From Chryseolinea sp. (GTDB lineage: Bacteria; Bacteroidota; Bacteroidia; Cytophagales; Cyclobacteriaceae), in NCBI GenBank assembly GCA_039916665.1, contig JBDSKX010000061.1:57055-121054 (forward strand): 64,000 nt of DNA, written 5' to 3'. Positions 1 through 10,038 of the stretch are shown one piece after another. Both the position numbers and the translations under genes were made by a program. The notes under the pieces are model-generated. The model was not told the DNA's origin. It saw only the letters and a program-made list of their open reading frames with translations, and did no database searches. Position 1 is the stretch's first letter, and each line of letters opens with the position of its first letter.

Positions 1-831
1 AATCGCGTTGGAGATAATATTGTTAAAGATTACAGAGAGTCTGTATTTATCAGAATATAGCGGACTTTGCTCATCAACGATGATGTCTTTAATGATCAAC
101 GATGATCCCGGCATATATTGCATCCGTTCAAGGTTATCATTCAAAAGCTTATTGATATCGATCAACTCAATGGTTAAATCCTGCCGTGCATTTCTGGAAT
201 AGTCCAGAATTTCTTTTAATGTATCATCAAGTTTGTGGATACTTTGTTCCATCATTCCGAAGTAATCATTGAATGAACTTCCTTTTTTTTCATCTTCCAG
301 TCTGGCCAGGTTGATCAATCCAAGTACGGAGCGGAGTGGAGCTCTCAGGTTGTGTGAGACGCTGTATACGAAGCTGTCGAGTTCTTTATTGATCTTCATC
401 AGCTCATCGTATTGTTTTCTCATTGCATCGTTCGCAAGTAACTTGGCCACTTCTGCTTCTCGTTGCTTTACCGCATTGACGATAGCCGATGGCAAGCGCG
501 TAAGGTTAGACTTTAGAACATAGTCGTCTGCGCCTTGCTTCAAAGAGTTTACTGCAAATTCTTCGGATACCGCCCCCGTTACGAGTATAAATGGAATCTT
601 TAATCCCGATTCACGATATATTGCAAGAGCTTCCTCAGAATTGAACTGAGGCAGTGAGTGGTCAGAGAGGATGACGTCGAGGTGCCCTTTTGTAAGGGCA
701 GTAACGAAATCGTCGCGGTTGTCGACTCTTTTAGTCGTAAAATCTAAATGCGCATCTGACAGGATATATTCTATTAACTCCAGATCATCCTCCATGTCTT
801 CCAGAACAAGGATCCTTAAGTGTTTTTTCAT
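1..831 (-). CDS. Hybrid response-regulator receiver + HisKA/HATPase histidine kinase (3' end runs off the window)
   Basis: Not in the ORF track. Hand translation from ATG 831: MKKHLRILVLEDMEDD...DVILSDHSLP (REC), then FVYSVSHNLRAPLRSVLGL (H-box), and VIFNNIISNAI (N-box) at the window edge. Confidence 0.9.
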   Translation of the reverse strand, partial: MKKHLRILVLEDMEDDLELIEYILSDAHLDFTTKRVDNRDDFVTALTKGHLDVILSDHSLPQFNSEEALAIYRESGLKIPFILVTGAVSEEFAVNSLKQGADDYVLKSNLTRLPSAIVNAVKQREAEVAKLLANDAMRKQYDELMKINKELDSFVYSVSHNLRAPLRSVLGLINLARLEDEKKGSSFNDYFGMMEQSIHKLDDTLKEILDYSRNARQDLTIELIDINKLLNDNLERMQYMPGSSLIIKDIIVDEQSPLYSDKYRLSVIFNNIISNAI

Positions 832-1086
832 CCCAGGTAGTTTATACAGGTTCTCAAGTTCAATCAGAATCTGTCGCCACATCGATAGCTGAACGATCCC
901 CCGATATTCCGGGGTACATTCCAGTTATTTATAAACGATCTGGGTCGCAAATATTGTTCCGTCGAAAAACAGGCCCTATCAACACATAAATGTGGAATAT
1001 ATTCCTCAGAATGCGAATGGAAATTGTTCGGGCGGCTAAACCTGGCTTTGTAAAATCATTTCAGATGAAGGAAGTTTTAACGACTA

Positions 1087-1206
1087 TCATTGACATTGTC
1101 CGAGAGCGACCCAGATGATGATAAAGACGATTACCGTCCCAAGGCATCCACCACCAAGTTTTTTTGCACCATAGCCAGCGATCAGGCCACGAAATAAATT
1201 ATTCAT
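1087..1206 (-). CDS. 39-aa small membrane protein (MNNLFRGLIAGYGAKKLGGGCLGTVIVFIIIWVALGQCQ)
   Basis: ATG 1206 after an A-rich leader; Gly-rich segment then one hydrophobic helix; resembles a small-protein family recalled from Bacteroidota. Confidence 0.65.
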   Translation of the reverse strand: MNNLFRGLIAGYGAKKLGGGCLGTVIVFIIIWVALGQCQ

Positions 1207-1298
1207 AGTATTTGAGTTTGTATGTCCAACCAGTGGATCGATTAATATTAAATTTAATCTGCGGAAATCCAAGTAAATTTTGAATTTGAAACATTGTT

Positions 1299-3794
1299 TT
1301 ATTGTCCCAGTCTATCAAAACATCGCTTGAGATTAATCTTATCTTTCAAAACACCCTTAAATAAATCTCCTTTTTTGGCCAGTCTTTTACCAATGTTATT
1401 GATATTAAAATCAAGAGGATTCAACCCGTGCTTTAATTCTTTCCAGTCCAGCGGCGTCGATACAGAAGCTCCCGGTACTGGCCGCAGACTATACACTGAT
1501 GATAATGTCTGACCTCGACTGTTTTGGAGATAGTCAATATAGATCCGGCCTTTTCTTTTAATCAGGGAGCGTTGTATGGTAGCAACCTCTGAAATTATTT
1601 CGCTGGCTGTTATCGCGACAAGTTCGGCAAAAGGTTTTATTTGTTCGTAGGTGTAAAGGGCGTGCAACGGTACGTATATGTGAACTCCGGTGGCACCGGA
1701 AGTTTTGCAATAAGAGGAAGCGCCTGCTTTGTCGAGCACTTCTTTTACCGCGTGGGCAACATCTATAACTTCGTCAAATGAGTTTGATTCAGAAGGGTCC
1801 AGATCGATGATCAGATAATCGGGGTTATCTGGTTTCTTTATTCTAGAATTCCATGGATTAATTTCGATGCAACCGAGATTGTTGAGGTATAGCAGTGAGG
1901 CTTCGTTGTTGCAAAGGATGTATTCCACATTCTTGTTGCTACTTTGGGCATGTATCGATGCGTGTTTAACCCAGGAAGGCGCTGCATCTCCGGCATCCTT
2001 GTGAAAGAATCCCTTATCACTGATTCCATTTGGATTTCGTCGTAAGGATTGGGGCCTGTCTTTAAGATACGGAAGAATGTAAGGAGCAATTGAGTGATAG
2101 AAATCGATGACTTGTCCCTTAGTGTAACCTTCTTCCGGCCAATACACTTTTGAACGATTTGTGATTTTTACGGAATGTCCATTAACTTTTATAGACTCAT
2201 CTTCCTGATCTTCCTTTTTACTTCGAAGTCTTGGTTTCACCCCATTGGGTTTTGCCAGCGCTGTTTTCTTACGATCGACATGATCGACCTCCGACGCGTT
2301 CTTGTCAATGCGAAGTCCCAAAAAAATTGGATGTCTCATGATACCATCTTGTGTCAGTTCTGTATACTTCACATTGCAAACCAGGGCGGGTCTTAGCCAA
2401 GTAACAGAGGCGTTGGCGGGAATCTTTTCACTGAAAGGCGACGACGCTCGAACCAACGGCTGAAATTCTGTATACAAATCTTTTAAGACTTTCTCCGTGA
2501 AACCAGTCCCCGAATGTCCAATATATTTAAGTTTTCCTTTTTGTTTGATTGCAAGTATCAACGCGCCAAAATATTTCCGGCTCGCTCTGGGTGCTGTGTA
2601 CCCAGCAATGATCGCTTCCTGGGTGTTGGTATTTTTGATCTTCAACCAATTAGTTGTCCGTTTTCCTTTCTCGTAAGTGCTGAGTTTATGTTTCGCCATG
2701 ATCCCTTCAAGCTTCAGCTTCACAGCCTCTCTGAAAAACGCTATGCCATCAGCTTCGACGTGTTCTGAGTATCTGATGATGTCACTCTTTGGTATAATCT
2801 GGCTTAATAACTTCTTCCGCTCTATTAGCGCAAGGTTTGTTATATTTTTTCCTTCAAATTTCAGACAGTCAAACACATAATAGACGATCGCCAGTCGTCT
2901 GTTCTCTGGATAGTGTTGAAGCTTCTGAAAACTCGGTTTGCCGTCGTCATCGAGGATAACTATTTCGCCATCGAGCACGAACTTTCCTTTTATTTTTGTC
3001 AATTCGTCGGCAACGATCGGGTACAAGTCAATAAATGACAATCCGTTTCGCGAGTAAAGTTTAATTGACTTGCCATTAATTTCGGCGATAGCCCGGTAGC
3101 CATCCCATTTCATTTCAAATATCCAATCCAGATCATCAAATGCTTTATCGGTTAGCGTCGCTAACATCGGCGCAACGAAATCTTTGATCGTTCGCTCGCG
3201 TACGACAGCAGACCTTACGCTTAAAGATTTTGGCTTTGCGATCTTTTTAGCAGGACTATTATTTGATGCTTGCTCAATATCAAAGGCATCTTGGGCGAAT
3301 TCATCGCGATGTTTGATAAGCAACCAGTTGTTACCCTTACCATATTTTAATCGAACCAGTGCGAACGAACCGTTGAGCTTTCTCCCGTGGAGAACAAACT
3401 TTAGACTGCCCGACTCTAAACCTTTTCGAAGTCCCCTTGCGCCATCAGTTCCATACGCAGGATCGAGTTCATATATTCCTTTGTCCCAAATTTCAACAGT
3501 TCCAGCGCCGTAGTTACCCTCTGGTATTTTACCTTGGAACTTGCCGTACTCGAGTGGGTGGTCTTCCACCTGCACAGCAAGTCGTTTGTCTTTGGGGTTT
3601 AAAGACGGACCCTTCGGAATCGCCCAACTTTTTAATACGCCATCCAATTCAAGCCGGAAATCATAATGCAGATGAGTAGCATCATGCTTCTGGATCACAA
3701 AATTCAATGCTCCGTTTTTACCCTTTGCAGTTTTGCCTTTAGGTTCTGAAGTCTGCTTGAAATCCCTTTTGGTTTTATATGTCGTCAGTCCCAT
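1299..3794 (-). CDS. ligD: NHEJ DNA ligase D (phosphoesterase-ligase-polymerase)
   Basis: QKHDATHLHYDFRLE (PE), EMKWDGYRA (KxDG ligase), KTSGATGVHIYVP and IDYLQN (primase-polymerase); directly abuts the ku stop. Confidence 0.97.
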   Translation of the reverse strand: MGLTTYKTKRDFKQTSEPKGKTAKGKNGALNFVIQKHDATHLHYDFRLELDGVLKSWAIPKGPSLNPKDKRLAVQVEDHPLEYGKFQGKIPEGNYGAGTVEIWDKGIYELDPAYGTDGARGLRKGLESGSLKFVLHGRKLNGSFALVRLKYGKGNNWLLIKHRDEFAQDAFDIEQASNNSPAKKIAKPKSLSVRSAVVRERTIKDFVAPMLATLTDKAFDDLDWIFEMKWDGYRAIAEINGKSIKLYSRNGLSFIDLYPIVADELTKIKGKFVLDGEIVILDDDGKPSFQKLQHYPENRRLAIVYYVFDCLKFEGKNITNLALIERKKLLSQIIPKSDIIRYSEHVEADGIAFFREAVKLKLEGIMAKHKLSTYEKGKRTTNWLKIKNTNTQEAIIAGYTAPRASRKYFGALILAIKQKGKLKYIGHSGTGFTEKVLKDLYTEFQPLVRASSPFSEKIPANASVTWLRPALVCNVKYTELTQDGIMRHPIFLGLRIDKNASEVDHVDRKKTALAKPNGVKPRLRSKKEDQEDESIKVNGHSVKITNRSKVYWPEEGYTKGQVIDFYHSIAPYILPYLKDRPQSLRRNPNGISDKGFFHKDAGDAAPSWVKHASIHAQSSNKNVEYILCNNEASLLYLNNLGCIEINPWNSRIKKPDNPDYLIIDLDPSESNSFDEVIDVAHAVKEVLDKAGASSYCKTSGATGVHIYVPLHALYTYEQIKPFAELVAITASEIISEVATIQRSLIKRKGRIYIDYLQNSRGQTLSSVYSLRPVPGASVSTPLDWKELKHGLNPLDFNINNIGKRLAKKGDLFKGVLKDKINLKRCFDRLGQ

Positions 3795-4562
3795 TTATGA
3801 CGCCTTTTTAATGCTTGACTTTAATAGTGCCATGAGATCATTGGTCTTAGGGTGTGTCACTTTCATTGGCGACGGTGATTTTCCTTTGTGTCCTTTAGCT
3901 TTTGCCTTGATGTGCTTCATCAATTCAGCCGAGTAAGTATCTTTGAATTTGTCGATGTTGAATGACTTTGTAAGATGGTCAATTAAAGTCATCGCCATTT
4001 TCATTTCAGCGTCCTTTGGTTTTGTTTTTGAAGGACTTTTTAATTCTGAAATATCGCGGATCTCCTCTGCAAATCTTAAACGATTCAAAAGCAGGAAATT
4101 ATTGTAAGGTTTGATAAGGCAAAGGTGTTCTTTGCTGCGCAATACAAAACTTCCCAGCCCCGCCTTATTGGTTTTCTCAAGCGCATCATGAAGCAACCTG
4201 TAAGCTTTTTCGCCTGCTTTATCGGGCTCCAGGTAATAAGGTGTTTCGAAATAAATGCTGTCAACTTCCTGTGTATCGACGAAAGCTTCGATATCAATAA
4301 TCTTGCTCTTTTCAGGGTTTGCCTGAGCGAAGTCTTTCTCGTCGAGTAGGATGTAGTTGCCAGACATTTTGTAGCCCTTCACAATATCTTTCCAGGCTAC
4401 AACCTTTCCGCTAATCTCATTTATGCGTTGAAATTTGATACGGGCATGGTCTTTTTTATCAAGCATATCGAGATCGAGTGTACTTTCCTGTGATGCACTG
4501 TAAAGCTTCACCGGGATATTCACTAGTCCGAATCCGATGGCTCCAGTCCAGATAGATTTCAT
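3795..4562 (-). CDS. ku: NHEJ Ku protein
   Basis: MKSIWTGAIGFGLVNIPVKLY N-terminus, YFETPYYLEP, C-terminal DLMALLKSS; start placed at ATG 4562. Confidence 0.97.
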   Translation of the reverse strand: MKSIWTGAIGFGLVNIPVKLYSASQESTLDLDMLDKKDHARIKFQRINEISGKVVAWKDIVKGYKMSGNYILLDEKDFAQANPEKSKIIDIEAFVDTQEVDSIYFETPYYLEPDKAGEKAYRLLHDALEKTNKAGLGSFVLRSKEHLCLIKPYNNFLLLNRLRFAEEIRDISELKSPSKTKPKDAEMKMAMTLIDHLTKSFNIDKFKDTYSAELMKHIKAKAKGHKGKSPSPMKVTHPKTNDLMALLKSSIKKAS

Positions 4563-4588
4563 GTTCAACAAATTAAGTACTCAAGATT

Positions 4589-5335
4589 CTAACTCACAGG
4601 TAGCTCAATTTTTTCTTTTACCAGCGCTCGTGCGAGTGCTCTTTCGTCGGTAAGGTCGAGCCGCAAAGGTGTCATTGATATATAGCCATCGTCGACTGCC
4701 CAGCGATCAGTTCCTTCTTCTGCTGCTTCCAGGGGCACAACGGTGATCCAATAATGTTTTCGTCCCTTTGGATCTGTCCCGGGCATTACCTTGCCGTCAT
4801 ATTGACGAACGGATTGTCGGGTCCACTTTATTCCTTTCGCGTCAGGAGGAATATTAACATTGATCAAATTTACTTCTGTATTCTTTAAAAGTAATTCCAG
4901 TGTAGAGGACACGTAGCGTTCTAGATTTGGAAAATTAGGCTCTATGTCGCCGGCCGGAGTGCTTAGTGCAATGCCTTTAATGCCGAGTAACACTGCCTGC
5001 TTAGCGCCTGCAAGCGTACCTGAATGCCACATGGAATTTCCGAGGTTGAGGCCCAGGTTAATTCCACTTAGCACCACGTCGATCTTGGACAAATGAGTGC
5101 CTAACGAAACACAATCAGCAGGGGTACCGTTGACGCGATATGCATCAATGCTTCCGAAATTTATTGGCGCTTTTTTGTAAAACAGTGGTCGGGAGCCGGT
5201 TATCGCGTGACCCATAGATGACTGTTCAACATCTGGCGCTACAACCTTTACATTTCCGAATTTTGTGGCAATGTTAGCGAGTGACATGAGGCCAGGACTG
5301 TAGATCCCGTCATCATTTGTGATTAAGATATTCAT
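4589..5335 (-). CDS. surE: 5'/3'-nucleotidase SurE
   Basis: MNILITNDDG, GTPADCV, SGINLGLNLG, SGTLAGA motifs. Confidence 0.95.
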   Translation of the reverse strand: MNILITNDDGIYSPGLMSLANIATKFGNVKVVAPDVEQSSMGHAITGSRPLFYKKAPINFGSIDAYRVNGTPADCVSLGTHLSKIDVVLSGINLGLNLGNSMWHSGTLAGAKQAVLLGIKGIALSTPAGDIEPNFPNLERYVSSTLELLLKNTEVNLINVNIPPDAKGIKWTRQSVRQYDGKVMPGTDPKGRKHYWITVVPLEAAEEGTDRWAVDDGYISMTPLRLDLTDERALARALVKEKIELPVS

Positions 5336-5370
5336 ACGAAGGCAACACAAAAAATCATTCCATTGATATG

Positions 5371-5385
5371 TGGTACAGATTTGCA
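5371..5385 (+). promoter_or_regulatory. sigma54-like promoter motif TGGTACAGATTTGCA
   Basis: 30 nt before the lipid kinase ATG; one member of a recurring motif. Confidence 0.45.
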
Positions 5386-5415
5386 TGCATGATTATATAG
5401 CAATCGATCAAACAA

Positions 5416-6315
5416 ATGACATTTATCAAGGTTTTTCATAATCCTACGGCGGGTGAGGCGGAGCACACGAAAGAAACGCTTGTAGACGAAATCAAATCTG
5501 CAGGGTTCGACTGTAGCTATTCCTCTACAAAAAAATCGATCACTGAGAAAAGTATACCCGCTGAAACTGATTTTATTGCAGTGGCAGGTGGCGATGGTAG
5601 CGTACGTCGTTTAGCGGAGTACTTTTGTAATGAACCCGTTATTACAAAAAGACATCCTATTGGTTTGTTGCCGATGGGTACAGCCAATAACATTGCTATG
5701 ACTTTGGGAATTGGCGGTACCTCGAAGGAAATAATTGAGAGTTGGAAGCAGGGCAAAACGCAAAAATTTGATGTGGGCAAAGTTCATGGCCTGGAGAAAA
5801 ATCATTTCTTTCTCGAAGCCTGTGGTTTTGGCGTATTTCCCCGGCTTATTAAAAGGATGAGGAACGAGAAAATAGAAGGGGAGACACCTAATCCAGAGCG
5901 CGAGTTACAATTGGCGTTAAGTCGACTTCATGAAATCGTCCTCGAATACAAGCCCAAAGAATGTCGGCTTATTATAGATGGAGTTGAATACAATGGAAAG
6001 TATATTCTTGTCGAGATTATGAATATTAAATCCATCGGCCCCAATCTGAATATATCGCCAATGGGAAGTTTTGGAGATGGTGAGTTCGATGTTATTCTGG
6101 TATCAGAAGCGCAGCGGGAGCAATTGGCAAAGTATGTCCTCGACAGACTTCTTCACGGAAAGGAAACGCCATTCTTTTATACGGCATTAAAGGCAAAAAA
6201 AATTGAAGTGACATGGGCAGGAAAGCTTATGCATATAGACGATGCGTTGGTAGATGTTAGCGACAAGAGCATTGAAGTTGACGTCCTGCGTGAGATACTT
6301 AGTTTTCTAGTTTAA
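5416..6315 (+). CDS. Diacylglycerol kinase-family lipid kinase
   Basis: AGGDGS and LPMGTANNIA motifs. Confidence 0.9.
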   Translation: MTFIKVFHNPTAGEAEHTKETLVDEIKSAGFDCSYSSTKKSITEKSIPAETDFIAVAGGDGSVRRLAEYFCNEPVITKRHPIGLLPMGTANNIAMTLGIGGTSKEIIESWKQGKTQKFDVGKVHGLEKNHFFLEACGFGVFPRLIKRMRNEKIEGETPNPERELQLALSRLHEIVLEYKPKECRLIIDGVEYNGKYILVEIMNIKSIGPNLNISPMGSFGDGEFDVILVSEAQREQLAKYVLDRLLHGKETPFFYTALKAKKIEVTWAGKLMHIDDALVDVSDKSIEVDVLREILSFLV

Positions 6316-6549
6316 AAAGATTCTTAGCGATTGCGTATTCAGTTTTTAGGGCAGTGTGGATGAGACGCTGGCATGTCCTTATGGGTTGATTGCGTCTATA
6401 ATCAGTGTTTGGTCTTTGGTTTAATTAGTGACAGTGGCGTTAGTTCCCCAAATCTGTGTGATTTGTGGCCAGGTGTAATACTGCCAATTAAAAAAAAGGC
6501 GAATGCAGCCGTATGCGAGGTTCATATTTAATCGCAAGCTATTTGCAAA

Positions 6550-6564
6550 TGGTTAACGCCTAGC
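6550..6564 (+). promoter_or_regulatory. sigma54-like promoter motif TGGTTAACGCCTAGC
   Basis: Canonical GG-N10-GC spacing; 40 nt before the GH57-like ATG. Confidence 0.3.
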
Positions 6565-6604
6565 AAACACCTCATCCTATTTTAATGAACTTAACTTCAC
6601 ATCC

Positions 6605-7921
6605 ATGACCGCGCATTCTGTTAAGAACAAGCATCAAATCGTGATTTATCTACAGGTTCGACAACCGCGGAGGCTTCGGATATTTCAATATTTGGACACC
6701 GGTGGTCACAAGGGTTACTTCGATGAAGAACTTAACGAAATGGTAGTGAAGCGCGTTTCACAGGATTGCTATATCCCGGTAAACGAGATGCTTTTGAAGT
6801 TAATTTTCGCAAATCCTGAAGTCAGAATATGTTTATCGATTACCGGTGAGACCATAGATCTTCTCGAAAAATATTCACCCGAGGCGTTGGAAAGTTTCAT
6901 ACGATTGGCAAGTACTGGAGCGGTTGAGTTTTTTGGAGAAACCTATTATCACTCACTGTCGTCATCACTTGGTGCTGAAGAATTTCAAGCACAGAGTGTG
7001 TTGCATTCGGAAAGTATTTACCGGCACTTCGGATTAAGACCAACTGTTTTCAGAAATACCGAGTTGATCTACAGTGATGATATTGGATCTTTGGTCGCGG
7101 GCATGGGATTTAAAGGAGTAATTTGCGAGGGGGCTGCGAAAGTGGTTGATGGAAAAGATCCTGATCAAGTGTACAAGCATCCTGATGTAGATCTGAGCAT
7201 ACTGGCACGCAATGTTTCATTAAGCGATCAGATCAGTCTGCGTTTTGGAGCTGGTAACACGGCATTAACGGTAGACAAATTTATCTTGTCTCTCGACGAA
7301 ATATATGTTGAAAATGCGGTCACGCTTTATGGATTTAACTATGAAATATTTGCTGATCACCTTAACAGAGATGCTGGAATGGTTGAATTCTTTGGAGCAA
7401 TGCTTTCAGCCCTGGCGCACAATTCTAAATACAAATTAAGGACGGCCAGTGAAGTATTTGCTTCGGCCAGCAGTAGGCCAATCCTTTCGATGCCAAAAAT
7501 CACGTCTTGGTCAGATGGAAACAAAAATATGGTAAACTTCCTGGGTAACGATATGCAGCAGGAAGCGTTCGGAGTGTTGAGCGCTCAAACCGAAAAGATT
7601 TATCAGGTAGCTGATGAAACAGTCCTTGGCGCATGGAGAAGTCTACAAAGCAGCGATCATTTTTATTATATGGCAACCGGAAAATTAAAAACTGGTCACT
7701 ACCCTGACCTCTATACGCCATATCCCTCCCCTTACGAAGCTTTTATCAACTATATGAACGCAGTAAATGTTTTCTCCCTTAATCTTCAAACTTCGCCTGT
7801 AAAAGAGCCAGATGACGAACATGCAAAAGCTCTGGAATGTGAAAGGCAGCATCCAAGGATCCCGATGTGGGCGATGCAAAAAGAATATCATCAAGGAAAA
7901 GCTCCAGAGCTAAACGTATGA
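6605..7921 (+). CDS. GH57 alpha-amylase-like protein, probably non-catalytic
   Basis: GETYYHSL, FRNTELIY, LQSSDHFYYM and SPYEAFINYMN match GH57, but HQP reads RQP and the DYE motif reads NYE. Confidence 0.85.
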   Translation: MTAHSVKNKHQIVIYLQVRQPRRLRIFQYLDTGGHKGYFDEELNEMVVKRVSQDCYIPVNEMLLKLIFANPEVRICLSITGETIDLLEKYSPEALESFIRLASTGAVEFFGETYYHSLSSSLGAEEFQAQSVLHSESIYRHFGLRPTVFRNTELIYSDDIGSLVAGMGFKGVICEGAAKVVDGKDPDQVYKHPDVDLSILARNVSLSDQISLRFGAGNTALTVDKFILSLDEIYVENAVTLYGFNYEIFADHLNRDAGMVEFFGAMLSALAHNSKYKLRTASEVFASASSRPILSMPKITSWSDGNKNMVNFLGNDMQQEAFGVLSAQTEKIYQVADETVLGAWRSLQSSDHFYYMATGKLKTGHYPDLYTPYPSPYEAFINYMNAVNVFSLNLQTSPVKEPDDEHAKALECERQHPRIPMWAMQKEYHQGKAPELNV

Positions 7922-10038
7922 AACAATTTCCAGGGCACCCATACCCACTAGGGGCAACCTATACAAAGGAAGGTGTCAATTTCGCATTGTTTGCTGAGAA
8001 CGCGACAAAAATTGAACTTTGCCTTTTCAAAAATGCTCATGCCAAAAAAGAGTTCAGGACAGTAACTTTATGGGAACGAACCCATCAAGTATGGCATGTA
8101 TTTCTTCCGGGCATAGAGCCAGGACAACTATATGGCTACCGTGTTCACGGACCCTATGAACCTTCGGCAGGATTGCGATACAATGCTCATAAACTTCTGA
8201 TCGATCCTTATGCGAAGTCTATTGGTGGAACAATCCAGTGGAATGATGCATTATTTGGTTACGATGTTCACTCTAATGAGAAAGATCTTAGTTTCAGTAC
8301 CGCTGACAACGCATCATATATTCCTAAGTCCGTGGTCATCGATTCTGCATTCGATTGGGAGGGAGTAGTTGGTCCGGACATTCCCTATGAAGAGACAATT
8401 ATTTACGAACTTCATGTCAAAGGGTTTACTCAACTGTTCGAAAAGGTTCCAAAAGATCTTCGGGGCACTTATGCTGGTATAGGTCATCCTGAAAGTATAA
8501 AGTATCTCAAATCGCTTGGCATAACCTCAGTGGAGTTGATGCCGGTTCATCATTTTGTTGCAGATCGTCACCTTAAAGAGCGGGGCCTTACCAACTACTG
8601 GGGCTACAACACCATCGGATATTTTGCGCCGGATGCAAGGTACGCGCAAAGCGGGGTCCTTGGCCAGCAGGTTATCGAATTCAAAGAGATGGTTAAGGCG
8701 CTTCATCGTGCAGGAATTGAAGTGATACTCGATGTCGTCTACAACCACACCGCGGAAGGTAATGAACTCGGCCCCACGCTATCTTTCAAAGGCATAGATA
8801 ACGAAGGATACTACAGACTTACAGGCGATAGGCGGTATTACATGGATTATACCGGAACGGGCAATACGCTCAATGCCAATCTTCCGAGCGCGCTTCGCCT
8901 GATGATGGACAGTTTAAGATACTGGATAACCGAGATGAAAGTTGACGGGTTAAGGTTTGATCTAGCCTCAACGTTGGCTCGTGAACTTCATGCCGTAAAC
9001 CAACTCAGTGCGTTCTTTGATATCATACATCAGGATCCTGTCATTTCCCAGGTAAAGTTAATCGCCGAACCCTGGGATGTTGGTGAAGGGGGCTACCAGG
9101 TAGGCAATTTTCCTCCAGGATGGTTGGAGTGGAATGGAAAATATCGTGACTGTGTCCGTGACTACTGGCGAGGCGCGGATAGTATGTTGGGTGAGTTTGC
9201 GCTGAGATTCACCGGAAGCCCAGACCTCTATGAAGGCAGCAACAGGAAGCCAACCGCGAGTGTGAATTTCATTACCGCCCATGATGGATTTACATTAAGA
9301 GACCTGGTTTCGTACAATGAAAAACACAATGCGGCAAATGGTGAAAATAATAATGATGGAGAAAGTCATAACCGCTCCTGGAACTGCGGTGCCGAGGGTA
9401 ATACTACGGATCCTGCAATCATCAAATTGAGAGCAAAGCAGACGCGAAATTTTCTAGCAACTTTGTTCTTATCGCAAGGCATTCCTATGCTCGTTGCCGG
9501 CGATGAACTCGGGCGAACTCAAAAAGGTAACAACAATGCCTATTGCCAGGACAATGAGGTATCGTGGATTGATTGGGAAAACGCGGATACAGAGTTACTC
9601 GCGTTCGTAAAAAAATTGATTGCTTTTAGAAAACAGCACCCAGTCTTTTGCCGCCGAAAGTGGTTTCAAGGGAGAGCAGTGAAGGGTCGCGGACTTGAAG
9701 ATATCAGTTGGTTCCTCCCGGAAGGAATTGAAATGACCGACGGACATTGGCAGCATGATTTTGCCAAATCGCTGGGCGTGTATCTTAATGGAAAAGCATT
9801 GTATGCACGCGATGTTCATGGCAGGTATGTCGTTGATGATTCATTCTATTTGATTTTCAACGCCTATCACGAACCGCTGGGGTTTAAACTTCCGCCGGCA
9901 CATTATGGCAAAGTTTGGCTCAAGGTTCTTGATACTTCCGGTAATTCATTTACAAAGTCTGCTGCCCTGGGTCCGGAAGAGATGGTACAATGTGATGGAC
10001 GGAGTATGATGGTATTGAAATGCCCAAGAGAAGTATGA
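7918..10038 (+). CDS. glgX: Glycogen debranching enzyme / isoamylase (GH13)
   Basis: PYPLGAT, NYWGYNTIGYFAPD, DVVYNHTAEG, DGLRFDLA, LIAEPWD, FITAHDGFTL; ATGA overlap with the upstream gene. Confidence 0.97.
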   Translation: MKQFPGHPYPLGATYTKEGVNFALFAENATKIELCLFKNAHAKKEFRTVTLWERTHQVWHVFLPGIEPGQLYGYRVHGPYEPSAGLRYNAHKLLIDPYAKSIGGTIQWNDALFGYDVHSNEKDLSFSTADNASYIPKSVVIDSAFDWEGVVGPDIPYEETIIYELHVKGFTQLFEKVPKDLRGTYAGIGHPESIKYLKSLGITSVELMPVHHFVADRHLKERGLTNYWGYNTIGYFAPDARYAQSGVLGQQVIEFKEMVKALHRAGIEVILDVVYNHTAEGNELGPTLSFKGIDNEGYYRLTGDRRYYMDYTGTGNTLNANLPSALRLMMDSLRYWITEMKVDGLRFDLASTLARELHAVNQLSAFFDIIHQDPVISQVKLIAEPWDVGEGGYQVGNFPPGWLEWNGKYRDCVRDYWRGADSMLGEFALRFTGSPDLYEGSNRKPTASVNFITAHDGFTLRDLVSYNEKHNAANGENNNDGESHNRSWNCGAEGNTTDPAIIKLRAKQTRNFLATLFLSQGIPMLVAGDELGRTQKGNNNAYCQDNEVSWIDWENADTELLAFVKKLIAFRKQHPVFCRRKWFQGRAVKGRGLEDISWFLPEGIEMTDGHWQHDFAKSLGVYLNGKALYARDVHGRYVVDDSFYLIFNAYHEPLGFKLPPAHYGKVWLKVLDTSGNSFTKSAALGPEEMVQCDGRSMMVLKCPREV

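Noticed and set aside
8-892. Plus-strand ORFs 8..202, 269..523 and 671..892
   Set aside because: Antisense shadows of the minus-strand REC-HisKA gene
3795-3900. Ku lacks a long Lys/Ala-rich C-terminal tail
   Set aside because: Tail length varies widely among bacterial Ku proteins; the minimal C-terminal motif is present
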